A stretch of DNA of 64,000 nt from Trypanosoma brucei (GCA_000002445.1 CH464491.1:2080001-2144000), one strand, 5' to 3'; shown: positions 9,865 to 21,042, counted from the stretch's first letter. The notes: generated from the letters alone by a model not told the origin. Made by a program: numbers and translations.

Positions 9865-11097
9865 TTACTCAGCACCCGCAGCGGTTAAAGTTTCGCCCTC
9901 CTTTTCCTTGCTTCTTCTATTCCGCCTTTTCCTATCCGCTCGCCGCTTCTTTCGACGGTTCGCGCGTTTTTCGGCGTCCCTGCATCCTTTATCGTTCACT
10001 GCACTTTCGTCCGAATGATTGTCTAATTCTGCTGTGCGTTTGGGGAGTTTCAGCCCCTTCCCTTTCCGCCCTTCTAGCGTGCCCGAAACACCGTCAGTAT
10101 TACGATGTCCATCAAGATCGTCCAGCTTTGCCGCCTTCTTCTTCGACTGCCGCGAGCGCTTGCGCCGCTTTCCTCCACCGCTTTCGCCTTGTCCACCACC
10201 TTCTCGGGGCGGCGTTTTCGTCGTCCCCGAGCTGACTTCCCGCCTCTGTAAACCTGCCCCCGTCTGCCCCACCGATGTCAACTTCCCTGCATCGTCTTCA
10301 GTCCATTCTCGCACAAGTATCTTCATCGGTTTGGCGTTGGCAGGGGCACCTGCTTTCTTTTCATTCTTGCGCCGGCAGCTGGACCCTTTCTTCTTGCGTT
10401 GGTCCACGCCGGAAACCAAATACTTTACGAGATTTGAAATTTGTTTGCCCTCGCCCTCCTGTGACCCTTGTTGGTGTTGTTCCCGCAGCGATGTAGCGGC
10501 GGCGCCAGCCTGATGGGTTGTAGCCCCGTCCCCAGTATTCCCCCCTTCATGCATCCATCCTTTCGACATGTTATTACCAGCCGTCAACACCTCCCTGTTG
10601 CTTCCCAGCGCAGATACGCAAAAGGCTCTGTAGTTGTCGTCATCTTCGATGGATCCGGCACTAATACTGCGCAACCTATTGACCCAATCCTCTGACACAC
10701 CCCTTTTACTACGCATGCCCGAGGGGATTCTAAGACAAACAGGCGAGAGTTCCACGGTGGATTCCATTACGTTGCAGGTGCCAGCATCACCGGAGTGAAC
10801 CACTTTTCCGTCGAAGGTATCAGCCACAATCTCGAGAGCGCGATCGCACATCGCGAGGTTGCTGTCGGCCTGCTGGCGTGCCGTCGGTTGTATCGTAACG
10901 ACTGCTGTGGAGGGAATGGGGGGCAGGACGCCTTGTTGAGGACGCCCGGGGATTACGTACACCGTCGTTACCTCCTCCACACTATCAGTGGGGCAACCCT
11001 CAACGATGATCCGAGTGATGCTTTCGGCGGTTGTATCATGAGGAAGATGCCGTACTAACAGACGGATGGGGTAGCGTCGAGTCGTTGGTGGTGTCAT
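9865..11097 (-). CDS. hypothetical protein with a globular N-terminal ~200 aa and a highly basic K/R/G-rich C-terminal tail
   Basis: 410-aa ORF, ATG verified at 11095-11097. Same strand as the surrounding cluster. C-terminal KKRRADRKRRNRRSKEKE low-complexity tail. No recognisable catalytic motif. Confidence 0.5.
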   Translation of the reverse strand: MTPPTTRRYPIRLLVRHLPHDTTAESITRIIVEGCPTDSVEEVTTVYVIPGRPQQGVLPPIPSTAVVTIQPTARQQADSNLAMCDRALEIVADTFDGKVVHSGDAGTCNVMESTVELSPVCLRIPSGMRSKRGVSEDWVNRLRSISAGSIEDDDNYRAFCVSALGSNREVLTAGNNMSKGWMHEGGNTGDGATTHQAGAAATSLREQHQQGSQEGEGKQISNLVKYLVSGVDQRKKKGSSCRRKNEKKAGAPANAKPMKILVREWTEDDAGKLTSVGQTGAGLQRREVSSGTTKTPPREGGGQGESGGGKRRKRSRQSKKKAAKLDDLDGHRNTDGVSGTLEGRKGKGLKLPKRTAELDNHSDESAVNDKGCRDAEKRANRRKKRRADRKRRNRRSKEKEGETLTAAGAE

Positions 11098-11573
11098 ATT
11101 TGCGTGACTCCTCCACCTGCAATGGCCAAATTCTATGGTTGCTACTGTTAGTGTTATGCGCTGTTAGTAATACAACGTGAAGAAGGTAAACATGGTTTTC
11201 TTTCCCTTTTTTCTTTTCTTTCGTGCTCTTAGCGTACTTACCACGACATTCGTAACAGATATGAAAATTCGTGCAGGCTACGGCCACCATCCCGTATCAA
11301 AAAGAAAAACAAAAACAGTCATGTCCTGGGGTGAGCACGAGAAAACAAGCAAAAAAAATGGTGATACACAACTCCCCACCAATCCACACATAGGTCCCTC
11401 CCGCCCCTTCAGTTACGACGTGAAACCTTCTCTTTCCATCTCACACACGCGTGCGCTCCATGAGTGTAACAACTCGCGTGAAGTGAGAAGCCCAAACAGA
11501 CACTTTAAAAAAAAAAAATGAAAATCAGTGTACAAAAACACGATTTTCTCGTGTAATCCATCAGAACCACGGA

Positions 11574-13289
11574 CTACGCTGCAAAGCGCATCCCACCTAT
11601 TTCTTCCCCAACCACAAAGAGGTCTTCCTCACCTGCATCTGGTACACACGGGAAGACATCCATTTCTTCGTACCTTTCTCTGTACTCCCCAACATGAGAA
11701 GCAGAAGGCATAGCTGAAGCACTTGCGCCTGTGGCCGGGGCTACAGTATGTCCATTTAAGGTGCCAATGAAAGTGAACCCCCGGACCCCGTTCGGTCGCT
11801 CTGCGACGCGAGACATCACTTCCACACCATCATTCGCCAGGGATACGGCGGGAGCAACCGCTTTTGATGTCTCGTGATGTGACTTAAGAGACCTTATGCC
11901 ATTTTGGCCCTTTCTTCTGACCTCAGCAAGCACCTCAGCAGGATACAAAAAACCATCATGCTCCGCTAGATTTGGTGAAGTCACCTGCGATGCGGCAGGG
12001 TTACAACACTGATGCGTGTTGCCTCGACCCGGCCGACCGAAGCGCTCTTCAGCAACTACGCAGCTATCACTGGACGTAGTTGAATTACTAGAAACATACT
12101 CATACCCCGAGGACCCCTCGTCATCAATAAGTAAGGATGGCCACGTTGTGAGTGTTGACGACTCCGAGTCACAACCTATACCATCACCACTATCAGAGAG
12201 AAGCACTACATCTCCGGTGCTGGGTTTCGGTGCCGTCCAGTCCTCGTCGTCATCTAAGAGCAACCGACGTCCCTGTACGACCGTTGTCGTAAGCGGCCGT
12301 GGCGATTTCGGTACTGATCTGCGGTGTCGCTTAGGTGGTGTTTCACACGGTGGTTTTGGCGCCTCGAACGATAACAACGCCTGTTCATTTGCGTCCTTGG
12401 TAACACTCGATCGGCTGCCTCCACGCACTGCTGTTTCCCTCCGAACTCCGGTTGAAGGGCGCGCGACAGGCGCAGGTACATCCACAGACGACATTGCCTT
12501 TATTTCATCCCAAAGGCGGTGCGCCTGCACACCCCTGTAAGTTCGGCCGTTGTAGTGTAACTGCCGTCGGCCCCTCACGGTGCTCCAGCTATGGGGAAAT
12601 GGCATGCCGTTTCGTTGCAGAGGAAGTTTAACACCTTTGCTGCTACCTTTGTTACCCCGATGACGAGTTGTGCGACTCACTGGCTTTTTGCCTGCTTTTT
12701 TGCTGCCTCGGCCTCGGTTATTTGAGGGTTGAGTCGACCTCCTACTCCTCCATTCGCCTTCAGCTACATGGCTTTCAGCGACAGTTGGTGAGAAACTCGT
12801 GACATTGTTACTTTTTCCGGAAGCTTCGGTGTCGATGGGGACCGCGTCCCACAAGACGGTATCTGACGGCTTTTCACTCACGCTGCGGACCGGCGGTCGT
12901 TGTGCCTTAGGAGGCACAGCAAACGGAGCCATAACATTGACCCCAAGTTCGCTCAGCCTAACAATTGCACCGCCGTACCGTCGTTGCTCCGGTGCTGTGG
13001 CTGTGGCGCCACCGTTGGCTTCAGCGCTAATGCCACTTACTGCCGGCGCGGTAGGTGCACCGATGGAAATTGGCGTAGGGTGTTGAGGAGGTGGAGAGTT
13101 CACACCCGTTGGGGGCGCCTGTCCAGCAGCAACCGAAAGCGGTCTAAACACCACGCGAAACCTCCCTGATGGTTTATCACACTCCATGACTAAACCTTCG
13201 GGAAGGCTCAAACCTAGACCTATCATATTGAAAGGAAGATGGGTAATGCAAATGTGAACAACATAATAGCAAGGTCCACACAACAACAT
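11574..13289 (-). CDS. hypothetical Ser/Pro/Arg-rich protein
   Basis: 571-aa ORF, ATG at 13287-13289. The true start may be one of the downstream Met at aa 22 or 35. Compositionally biased. Same strand as the cluster. Confidence 0.45.
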   Translation of the reverse strand: MLLCGPCYYVVHICITHLPFNMIGLGLSLPEGLVMECDKPSGRFRVVFRPLSVAAGQAPPTGVNSPPPQHPTPISIGAPTAPAVSGISAEANGGATATAPEQRRYGGAIVRLSELGVNVMAPFAVPPKAQRPPVRSVSEKPSDTVLWDAVPIDTEASGKSNNVTSFSPTVAESHVAEGEWRSRRSTQPSNNRGRGSKKAGKKPVSRTTRHRGNKGSSKGVKLPLQRNGMPFPHSWSTVRGRRQLHYNGRTYRGVQAHRLWDEIKAMSSVDVPAPVARPSTGVRRETAVRGGSRSSVTKDANEQALLSFEAPKPPCETPPKRHRRSVPKSPRPLTTTVVQGRRLLLDDDEDWTAPKPSTGDVVLLSDSGDGIGCDSESSTLTTWPSLLIDDEGSSGYEYVSSNSTTSSDSCVVAEERFGRPGRGNTHQCCNPAASQVTSPNLAEHDGFLYPAEVLAEVRRKGQNGIRSLKSHHETSKAVAPAVSLANDGVEVMSRVAERPNGVRGFTFIGTLNGHTVAPATGASASAMPSASHVGEYRERYEEMDVFPCVPDAGEEDLFVVGEEIGGMRFAA

Positions 13290-13599
13290 GCACCTTTCAC
13301 TACAACATCTTCACAATCCCTTAGCCATCAACAACAGGAGTCATTCGGTTTACGAGGGAATACAACCAACGTGCCAACGCATCAACATCCCCCAAACAAT
13401 GAAAAAAAAAAATTCAGCACTAACGAAAAATATTCCACCCCCAGGGAAAAAGATTGAGCCACAAAGCTACATCATTGAACAAGCACACAAACACTGCCAG
13501 TAAGCTCGCTGCTCACACAATTTAAACGAACCAAATTTGCTGCAGTAATTATAAAAAACGGCATTATAAAACAAACGATTCAAACACCTGCCAGTACAC

Positions 13600-15561
13600 T
13601 TACAGATCGTCCATGGGTTGTGGCTTGTCGCCTCCGCCGGCGGATTGGTAAGTCTTCTGGATGATGGGGTTGGTCACGCTCTGCAGAGTTTCCAGGGCAG
13701 TTTTGTACTCCTCCTTTTCGGCGTTCGGATTTTCGTCAAGGAAGCGGATCGCCTCCGCAACAGCGGTCTCCACTGCAGCCTTGTCATTGGGGTCAAGTTT
13801 CCCACCAAGCTTATCCTTATCGTTCACTTGGTTGCGTAGGGAATACGCAACGCTCTCCAGCGAGTTACGCGCATCCACACGCTCGCGCACCTTGCGGTCC
13901 TCGTCCTCGAACTCTGCCGCTTCGCGCACCATACGCTCAATCTCCTCCTCGCTCAGGCGACCCTTGTCGTTGGTGATGGTGATCTCTTCCTTCTTTCCAG
14001 ACGACTTGTCCATAGCGCTCACCTGCAGGATGCTGTTCTCGTCGACGTCAAATGTCACTTCGATTTGTGGCACACCACGCGCGGCAGGAGGAATTCCCGA
14101 CAACTCGAATTTGCCCAGGAGGCGGTTATCCTTTGTCAGCTGGCGCTCACCCTCATACACTTGGATAAGCACACCCGGCTGGTTGTCCGCATGGGTAGAA
14201 AAGACCTGACTCTTCTTGGTGGGGATCTGTGTGTTACGCTCGATGAGTTTTGTCATGACACCACCTACAGTTTCAATACCAAGCGACAGTGGGATCACAT
14301 CTACAAGCACAACGCGCCCGCCAACCTCGCTTTCACCGGTTAGCACCGCAGCTTGCACAGCGGCACCATATGCTACGGCTTCATCGGGGTTAATACCACG
14401 GTTCAGTTCCTTCCCACCGAAGAAGTCACTGATCAGTTGTTGTACCTTCGGCACACGTGTGGATCCACCAACGAGCACAATCTCGTGGATGTCACTCTTC
14501 TTCAGCTTCGCATCCTCCAGCACACGTTGCACGGGCACGAGTGTCCCCTTGAAGAGGTCCATGTTCAGCTCCTCAAACTTCGCACGTGTGATTTTCTCGC
14601 TGAAATCGAAGCCCTCCGTAAGGCTGTCCACCTCCACACGCGCCTCGGGATGAGACGACAGCTGTCGCTTCGCAGCCTCACATGCCTTGCGAAGACGTGC
14701 CAGTGCCTTTTGGTCCTTACTGATGTCAACATTCTTTTTCTTCTTCAGCATGTCCACAAAGTGTCGCATCATGTTGTTATCAAAGTCCTCACCACCAAGG
14801 TGCGTATCACCGTTTGTCGCCACAACTTCGAAGAAGCCCTCATCGATTGTCAGCAGTGACACATCAAAGGTACCACCACCAAGATCGAACACCAGGATAT
14901 TCTTCTCACCGGCTTTGTTTAGCCCATATGCGATGGCGGCTGCGGTGGGCTCATTGATGATGCGCACTACGTTCAAACCGGCGATGGTCCCAGCATCCTT
15001 TGTCGACTGCCGTTGTGCGTCATTGAAGTACGCAGGTACCGTTACAACAGCGTTTTTCACTTTCTCGCCAAGGTACGTTTCTGCAATTTCCTTCATCTTC
15101 TGCAGCACCATGGCACTGATCTCTTCTGGTGTGAACTGTTTCTTTTTCCCACCCACCATCACTTGTACCTTCGGCTTCCCGTCGCGGTCCGCAATGACCT
15201 CATACGACAGCAGTTTCTTGTCAGCCTGCACTGCCGCATCCGTGTACTTGCGGCCAATCAGCCTCTTGATGGTGTAGATTGTATTATGCGGATTCTGTGG
15301 AAGCTGATTCTTCGCACCGTCACCGATCAGCCGCTCTGTGTCGGTAAAGGCGACGACGGAAGGTGTGATGCGGTTACCCATCTCGTTCGGGATGATATGC
15401 ACATCACCCTTCTGCCACACACCCACAACGGAGTATGTTGTGCCGAGGTCGATGCCCACGCATGGTGCTTCCACCTTGCCGCCACTTTCGGGTGCTGCTG
15501 AGACGGCTGCAACCGTCACAGTCAGGAACACCGCTGCAGTGGTCAGCCACATCCTCGACAT
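13600..15561 (-). CDS. BiP: BiP/GRP78, ER-lumenal Hsp70 chaperone, copy 1
   Basis: ATG at 15559-15561, stop TAA at 13600-13602. Signal peptide [22 protein letters not shown]; Hsp70 signatures [30 protein letters not shown]; C-terminal ER-retention tetrapeptide MDDL, characteristic of trypanosome BiP. Confidence 0.95.
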   Translation of the reverse strand: MSRMWLTTAAVFLTVTVAAVSAAPESGGKVEAPCVGIDLGTTYSVVGVWQKGDVHIIPNEMGNRITPSVVAFTDTERLIGDGAKNQLPQNPHNTIYTIKRLIGRKYTDAAVQADKKLLSYEVIADRDGKPKVQVMVGGKKKQFTPEEISAMVLQKMKEIAETYLGEKVKNAVVTVPAYFNDAQRQSTKDAGTIAGLNVVRIINEPTAAAIAYGLNKAGEKNILVFDLGGGTFDVSLLTIDEGFFEVVATNGDTHLGGEDFDNNMMRHFVDMLKKKKNVDISKDQKALARLRKACEAAKRQLSSHPEARVEVDSLTEGFDFSEKITRAKFEELNMDLFKGTLVPVQRVLEDAKLKKSDIHEIVLVGGSTRVPKVQQLISDFFGGKELNRGINPDEAVAYGAAVQAAVLTGESEVGGRVVLVDVIPLSLGIETVGGVMTKLIERNTQIPTKKSQVFSTHADNQPGVLIQVYEGERQLTKDNRLLGKFELSGIPPAARGVPQIEVTFDVDENSILQVSAMDKSSGKKEEITITNDKGRLSEEEIERMVREAAEFEDEDRKVRERVDARNSLESVAYSLRNQVNDKDKLGGKLDPNDKAAVETAVAEAIRFLDENPNAEKEEYKTALETLQSVTNPIIQKTYQSAGGGDKPQPMDDL

Positions 15562-15639
15562 CGGGAGGGGGATTATCTTGAACTTAATATTAGTGTTAGG
15601 TAAGTAGGTTTGTGTGTTTTAGTATGCTTAGCTTATCTT

Positions 15640-15800
15640 TCCAAAACAACGCGAAACGTGAAAATATGTGGAGAGGAGGTGTGGTGGGGCGATGAAAAGG
15701 GACAAATAGGGAAAAGGAAATGGTAAAACGCAGATGGCACACGGAAAGGGCAAGGCGGAAGAAGGGGTCGCCTCCAGTGCTGCCATGGGGCTCCTGCAAG
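15640..15800 (-). promoter_or_regulatory. polypyrimidine-rich (on the minus strand) 5' flank of BiP copy 1: candidate trans-splice signal region (duplicated at 23930-24090)
   Basis: The plus strand is purine-rich (ggaaaagggacaaatagggaaaaggaaatggtaaaacg ... ggcaaggcggaagaagggg), i.e. C/T-rich on the coding strand, within 80-240 nt of the ATG. The same block is part of the duplicated 5' flank. Confidence 0.4.
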
Positions 15801-15960
15801 TAGAGGTTATGTGCTCTCTAGATAAAAATGCGCGTGAAGTCTGCCGCTACGGGGCAATACGCACCACAGAATTTACATAATTAAAACGAGGGATGTAAGT
15901 CCTTCCTGTACACCCAAAACTGTAGAAGTTCCAAAAAAAAATGTGCAGAGTGGGGCTTCC

Positions 15961-16704
15961 CTACCACTCACGCGTTGGTAAGGAGCACTTTGGGGGAAGC
16001 GACATGCCGTGCGGTGGTGCTTGGTCCTCAGTATAGTAACGTCCCGTTCGCTGTTGGTAATGTGTTGTGCTTTCGTAGATGAGTGGAAGCCGAAGGTAGG
16101 TATTGTCTACCGCTGCGGGTGCGCACCACGGCTCCGTCACCGTTCCGTTGTATTCAGATCCACCTGTTGGTGGTATGCGATCTGTGTGGTTCCCAGGGTG
16201 AGCAATTCTCCGCTCGGGGTTAGCGGTGTCGAGTGGAAGCTGCTTGTCCATTATGTCACCTGTGGAAAACGGTTGTTTCCCCTCTGCAGAATTGATGCAG
16301 GTTCCGATCGTTTCTCCTTGTTGTCCATGGTCGCCGACAGTGCCTGCCAGTCCGCTGCCGAGCTGCAAACCTCCGTCATTGCCGTGGGTACCAGCTTTAA
16401 CGCCTTCAACAGCGTCAACACCGCCGTTCCCATCACCTTCCGCTCCAGAAGTCTCTCTTATAGCACCGTCTCCAGAACTTCCAATAGGAACTCTGCTGTA
16501 ACGCGACCTCCCAAACAAATCCGGCACGTCTCTTACCTTCGGATTGCCAAACGGATCAATTAAATCACCTTTCTTTGACGATGTGTACGTGCTGCGCGGG
16601 GCAAAGGTCCCCCCAGGAACGGGGTTAATCCAATAAGCTCCGCCGTGGTTGATAAATACATCACGATCTACTGAGGCCGTTTGTGAAGCGGGTACAAATG
16701 ACAT
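15961..16704 (-). CDS. hypothetical Gly/Thr-rich protein
   Basis: The track start at 16725 is a TTG; the first ATG is at 16704 (MSFVPASQ...). 247 aa, low complexity (GxG runs). Same strand as the cluster. No motif. Confidence 0.35.
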   Translation of the reverse strand: MSFVPASQTASVDRDVFINHGGAYWINPVPGGTFAPRSTYTSSKKGDLIDPFGNPKVRDVPDLFGRSRYSRVPIGSSGDGAIRETSGAEGDGNGGVDAVEGVKAGTHGNDGGLQLGSGLAGTVGDHGQQGETIGTCINSAEGKQPFSTGDIMDKQLPLDTANPERRIAHPGNHTDRIPPTGGSEYNGTVTEPWCAPAAVDNTYLRLPLIYESTTHYQQRTGRYYTEDQAPPHGMSLPPKCSLPTREW

Positions 16705-16956
16705 TTCTAAAAGCCTTCTGCTCAATGAATCTAGAAGAGGGATAAGGACGAAAGCAGTGCATTTTAGAGACCCTCACAGTATCGAAAGCATTATAGAAAA
16801 GTGTGCATGCGAAACTGCAGTGACGATGATACAACAGTTGTGCACATTCCTTAGTACTTTGTACACCAGCAGATACTTATCCCTTTTTCTACTGGTGCAA
16901 GGGGAACATTCCACCGTAAACTGCATCATCTTCAAAACATTTGCATCGGCATCGCC

Positions 16957-17241
16957 CTACTTTTTCTTGATTGGCTTCTTTTGCCGTTGTGCGGCCAGTT
17001 CTTCTCTGCGCCGTGTCAACCGTGCCTTGGCGTCGTCTAAGCCGATATGCTTTCGCTGCTGCCGTTGCTCCGCTGCGTCGGCAGTTGCCTTCCGTTGTGC
17101 CACATTCTTAGCCCTGTCACCGCAGCCATGCACTTCTGGGAGCAGGTGAGACGTACACATGCGCTGGCTGCAATGCTCACAGGCCGGCAGCGCGGTATAT
17201 GTCAGGTTTGAGCACCCTTTGAATGCACAAACAACGGACAT
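16957..17241 (-). CDS. AN1-type zinc-finger protein (small, basic C-terminus)
   Basis: ATG verified at 17239-17241. Cys/His spacing CAFKGC...C-EHC-SQRMC-TSH-LLPEVH-GC fits the AN1 pattern C-x2-C-x4-C-x2-H-x5/6-H-x-C. 94 aa with a K/R-rich tail. Confidence 0.5.
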   Translation of the reverse strand: MSVVCAFKGCSNLTYTALPACEHCSQRMCTSHLLPEVHGCGDRAKNVAQRKATADAAEQRQQRKHIGLDDAKARLTRRREELAAQRQKKPIKKK

Positions 17242-17652
17242 ATTCCTTTAGCGTGCACAAACTTAATTAGATGTGTTGTATAACCGCAGGTGCCACGCTA
17301 GCAAGTTTTGGAAGAAAGCGAAAGAAGATGTTTGGTTGATTAACAGAGCGAAAAGAAGATGCAGCATAGAATCCAACAACACACGGTTCCTTATCCACCA
17401 GCAGCGAGTGACGCCGCTCCCTTTGTGGAGCCACATCCGAACCGTATGGCTTTATCTAACCACAACTAAAGTAAACCGACTCTGAGCAAAATCCTCCCTT
17501 GGGGGAAAACGCTACCTTCCTTAGCACCAATGCCATGCGGGTTGCTCTCCAAGTCGACCGAGGCACAACCAGCAGTCACTTTTTCCCTCCCTTCTCTCCC
17601 CCCCTACATTTGCCCCCAAAGGCCCCCTGTCCTTTTTCCTTTCCATGTGGTA

Positions 17653-18252
17653 TCATGAAGAGTCACAGAGTCCCGTGTACCTGTTCGCTTGGTTATTCAT
17701 CAACAATGCAATGATAAGCCCATAGAGGCCCAGGGCCTCGGAAAAGATCAACATGAGCACCATGGCCACGAAAACCTGATCCTGCTTGCCATAAGCCCGG
17801 GTGGTTGTGTCACCCACCACACCGATGGAAAGCCCTGCGGCAAGCGAGGCGAGTCCCGCCGCCATTCCCGCGCCCAAATGCAGGTTGGCAGAGAAGGTAG
17901 AATAGGAGTAGAGCTCCGTTTTGATGTTGTTGTTTATTATAACTGCCACGATCAAACCATAGATGCCGAGGATGCCAGCCATAACAACTGGAACGATGCC
18001 GCGCATGATCTTCTCGGGAGCCAGAAGTCCTAGTTGGGCTAATCCGACGCCTGACTTTGCAGCACCGTAGGCAGAGCCCAGATTAGCAAAGATAAGAGCA
18101 ACAGCCACACCCAGAGAGCCGAAAAAGCCAGCGCTTTGTGGGTACATTCGGGCCAAACAGGCCTCTTTCCGAGTAGTATTGCCGTCACCGACCGTAGCAA
18201 AGACAGTGGTGACACATATCACGGAGAGTAAACCTATAAAAGAGTATTTCAT
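17653..18252 (-). CDS. V-type ATPase proteolipid subunit c'' (21-kDa proteolipid, five TM helices)
   Basis: The track ORF is 260 aa; the proteolipid homology starts at an internal ATG (MKYSFIGLL..., 18252), giving 199 aa. Motifs GAAKSGVGLAQLG, GIVPVVMAGILGIYGLIVAVII and LSIGVVGD... are typical of the V-ATPase c-ring family. Confidence 0.75.
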   Translation of the reverse strand: MKYSFIGLLSVICVTTVFATVGDGNTTRKEACLARMYPQSAGFFGSLGVAVALIFANLGSAYGAAKSGVGLAQLGLLAPEKIMRGIVPVVMAGILGIYGLIVAVIINNNIKTELYSYSTFSANLHLGAGMAAGLASLAAGLSIGVVGDTTTRAYGKQDQVFVAMVLMLIFSEALGLYGLIIALLMNNQANRYTGLCDSS

Positions 18253-18901
18253 AGGTGCAGCAAACGACGCACAACCTAAAGTGAGCAATGTTCGCGCATA
18301 CAAAGATAACAGTGGAGACAATAAAGGGGAAGAGATATGATAAAGATGAAGGTTGCGCGAACTGCCGCTCGCAGAAAAAAGGGGGTGGAGACGCAAAACC
18401 TCTTGCAGCATGCACACGGAAGGTAGACAATCCACGAATAGTCAGATGGCCTTGGCACAACAAAAGCAAAGTACTGTCCAACTCTCCTTGTGCGAAATGC
18501 CCAACTAAAAGGGATGAGAAGCAGTCGCGATAAATGTGGTGTCGCGACGCGTTTCCTTAACGTTAGTTAGCATAACTCACCCATCCTCCGCGACGCAATC
18601 TCCAAAAAAAAAACGGCTACCCGCATAAATACACATCAACCAAACAACACTCCAGCCAGATGGATGTGATACGCATGAAAAAAGTACGCGATTTAGTGCG
18701 ACTTATAATTGATATTGAAAACAAGTCACGCAAACACAAACTGTTAAGAACACGGCACAGATTGCATCTGGCTGAGTAAAGGGCTCATCGCACTCTCAAC
18801 TCTTGCCGATACTTCCCTGTCGACTCGAAGATAATCCCTAGCCGCTGGCCGCGTTAAGGTGGAATACTGTGAGTTAAGGAGCCGGTCTCCACGTCCAAAT
18901 C

Positions 18902-19857
18902 CCTAACGATAAATTGCTCCCTAAACTATGATTCGCTAAAGCACAAAGCAGAGTGATAGGGAGGAGAGTTAAGGTGGAATGACACACGCTGCTCACGACA
19001 AGATGTAAGAGAAAAACACGCTACACCGCGGTGCGGCACAGCTCACAGGGTGATAGGGTGAGAAGGATTTCCTACAAATATAAAACCTGCGACACCAGTG
19101 AGAAAATGGGCTCTCTCACTTAGTTCAGTCGAGCGCTCACAAATAAAAAGAAATAAATAATCAAAACAAATAAAATAGAAAAATTGATGAATCATATATA
19201 TATTTATATGTTTTCGTTAATTAAAAAAAATCCCTCCTGTACATGGTATGTCGTGCCGCCATCCTCTCCCGGGGTCATTTTCGTATCACCAGTGGATGAC
19301 AGAACATTATAATGTCATTGCCGAGTGCCTCCAGGTAAAACTTACTGATAGTTTATTCATTCTTAGAAACCTGCAATTGCAACAGACACCCACCCCAACA
19401 TCATTGTGATAGCACCAACCGGAGCCATAGGACCCACTTGTTTGCCAGGGACTCCCAAGCAGATGGCATAGACGGTACCACAAAAGATCGTTGTTCCGGC
19501 GAACAATAACACGAAACTGCGGTTGAGCCACCTGGCGGCGCTGCTTTCCGGCTCGGCAATCTTGAGGGCAGCAAAGATAGCCATCATCGCGGCAGTGTGA
19601 ATAAGGTTAAATTGGACAGCGTGGTCCCATGCGAGCTTCAACTTATCAGAAAGGTTAGGGTCCAGCCAGTGCGAGCCGGCGGCTGCGGCCACGACACCGA
19701 TGAGACCGAGGACGCCAATGAGGATCATCGGAGTATCTCTTACTTTGCCCATGGTTGTAGTGTTACTTGTTTTTAGGTTTGGTGTGTTCAATAACGATAA
19801 TTAACCTTGCTGTTACTTCCATTAGTTCAAACAAAATGGAAGGAGAGAAAGAATAAT
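18902..19857. repeat. DUF423 tandem repeat unit 1 (~0.96 kb homology; includes ~460 bp 3' flank, the CDS and ~100 bp 5' flank)
   Basis: Shared sequence (aacgataaattgctccctaaactatgattcgc ... gaaagaataatac) recurs at 20078-21042. Units are separated by a ~225-bp unique spacer. Near-identical with scattered substitutions and a ~10-bp indel. Confidence 0.85.
19363..19752 (-). CDS. DUF423/TMEM256-family small membrane protein, tandem copy 1
   Basis: The track start at 19791 is a TTG; the first ATG is at 19750-19752 (MGKVRDTPMILIG). Four predicted TM helices. Blocks TTIFCGTVYAICLG and APVGAITMMLGW match the TMEM256/YgdD family as I remember it. 129 aa. Confidence 0.75.
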   Translation of the reverse strand: MGKVRDTPMILIGVLGLIGVVAAAAGSHWLDPNLSDKLKLAWDHAVQFNLIHTAAMMAIFAALKIAEPESSAARWLNRSFVLLFAGTTIFCGTVYAICLGVPGKQVGPMAPVGAITMMLGWVSVAIAGF

Positions 19858-20077
19858 ACCCGTCAGGCCCTCGAGGAATGCATATACGTTGGGGTACTGG
19901 CTGATAAAAGTAAGGAAAATGCATAGTAAATGATGCAGACACTGATCACTAGATGTTAATCACGTAGCCCTAATATCCGAATACCTCCTCGTTAACATCA
20001 ATTGCACTGCTGTGAAAAAGATAAATCTACCGCCAAATCCAAAGAACTGACCGACACAACAAGAAATTTGGTTTTCG

Positions 20078-21042
20078 CATAAAACCCTCTAACGATAAAT
20101 TGCTCCCTAAACTATGATTCGCTAAAGCACAAAGCAGAGTGATAGGGAGGAGAGTTAAGGTGGAATGACACACGCTGCTCACGACAAGATGTAAGAGAAA
20201 AACACGCTACACCGCGGTGCGGCACGGCTCACAGGGTGATAGGGTGAGAAGGATTTCCTACAAATATAAAACCTGCGACACCAGTGAGAAAATGGGCCCT
20301 CTCACTTAGTTCAGTCGAGCGCTCACAAATAAAAAGAAATAAATAATCAAAACAAATAAAATAGAAAAATTGATGAATCATATATATATTTATATGTTTT
20401 CGTTAATTAAAAAAAATCCCTCCTGTACATGGTATGTCGTGCCGCCATCCTCTCCCGGGGTCATTTTCGTATCACCAGTGGATGACAGAACATTATAATG
20501 TCATTGCCGAGTGCCTCCAGGTAAAACTTACTGATAGTTTATTCATTCTTAGAAACCTGCAATTGCAACAGACACCCACCCCAACATCATTGTGATACCA
20601 CCAACCGGAGCGAAGTGCCCCACTTGTTTGCCAGGGACTCCCAAGCAGATGGCATAGACGGTACCGCAAAAGATCGTTGTTCCGGCGAACAATAACACGA
20701 AACTGCGGTTGAGCCACCTGGCGGCGCTGCTTTCCGGCTCGGCAATCTTGAGGGCAGCAAAGATAGCCATCATCGCGGCAGTGTGAATAAGGTTAAATTG
20801 GACAGCGTGGTCCCATGCGAGCTTCAACTTATCAGAAAGGTTAGGGTCCAGCCAGTGCGAGCCGGCGGCTGCGGCCACGACACCGATGAGACCGAGGACG
20901 CCAATGAGGATCATCGGAGTATCTCTTACTTTGCCCATGGTTGTAGTGTTACTTGTTTTTAGGTTTGGTGTGCTCAATAACGATAATTAACCTTGCTGTT
21001 ACTTCCATTAGTTCAAACAAAATGGAAGGAGAGAAAGAATAA
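20078..21042. repeat. DUF423 tandem repeat unit 2
   Basis: See unit 1. Confidence 0.85.
20549..20938 (-). CDS. DUF423/TMEM256-family small membrane protein, tandem copy 2 (a few substitutions relative to copy 1)
   Basis: Paralog of copy 1, 1186 bp downstream in coordinates. Differs in about 6 residues (MSTPNL vs MNTPNL; GHFAPVGGITMM vs GPMAPVGAITMM). Confidence 0.75.
   Translation of the reverse strand: MGKVRDTPMILIGVLGLIGVVAAAAGSHWLDPNLSDKLKLAWDHAVQFNLIHTAAMMAIFAALKIAEPESSAARWLNRSFVLLFAGTTIFCGTVYAICLGVPGKQVGHFAPVGGITMMLGWVSVAIAGF

Larger units (their letters stand above)
13581..15917. repeat. BiP segmental duplication block 1: CDS, ~20 bp of 3' flank and ~355 bp of 5' flank
   Basis: Identical to 21871-24207 (offset 8290 bp). 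Homology starts about 20 bp 3' of the stop codon and ends about 355 bp 5' of the ATG, where the flanks diverge (cacccaaaactg vs tacccaacaaca). Confidence 0.9.

Noticed and set aside
13618-15607. Many plus-strand ORFs of 60-200 aa (e.g. 13661-14209, 14687-15277, 15013-15501, duplicated at 21951-23791) overlapping BiP
   Set aside because: They are antisense or alternate-frame shadows of the highly expressed BiP CDS. They are Ser/Thr/Cys-rich with no motif, on the wrong strand for this cluster, and duplicated only because the underlying DNA is.
19307-19531. 74-aa ORFs (also 20493-20717) on the same strand as the DUF423 genes but in another frame
   Set aside because: They overlap the 3' end of the DUF423 CDS out of frame. 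They are duplicated only because they lie inside the tandem repeat, and give no independent evidence of coding.
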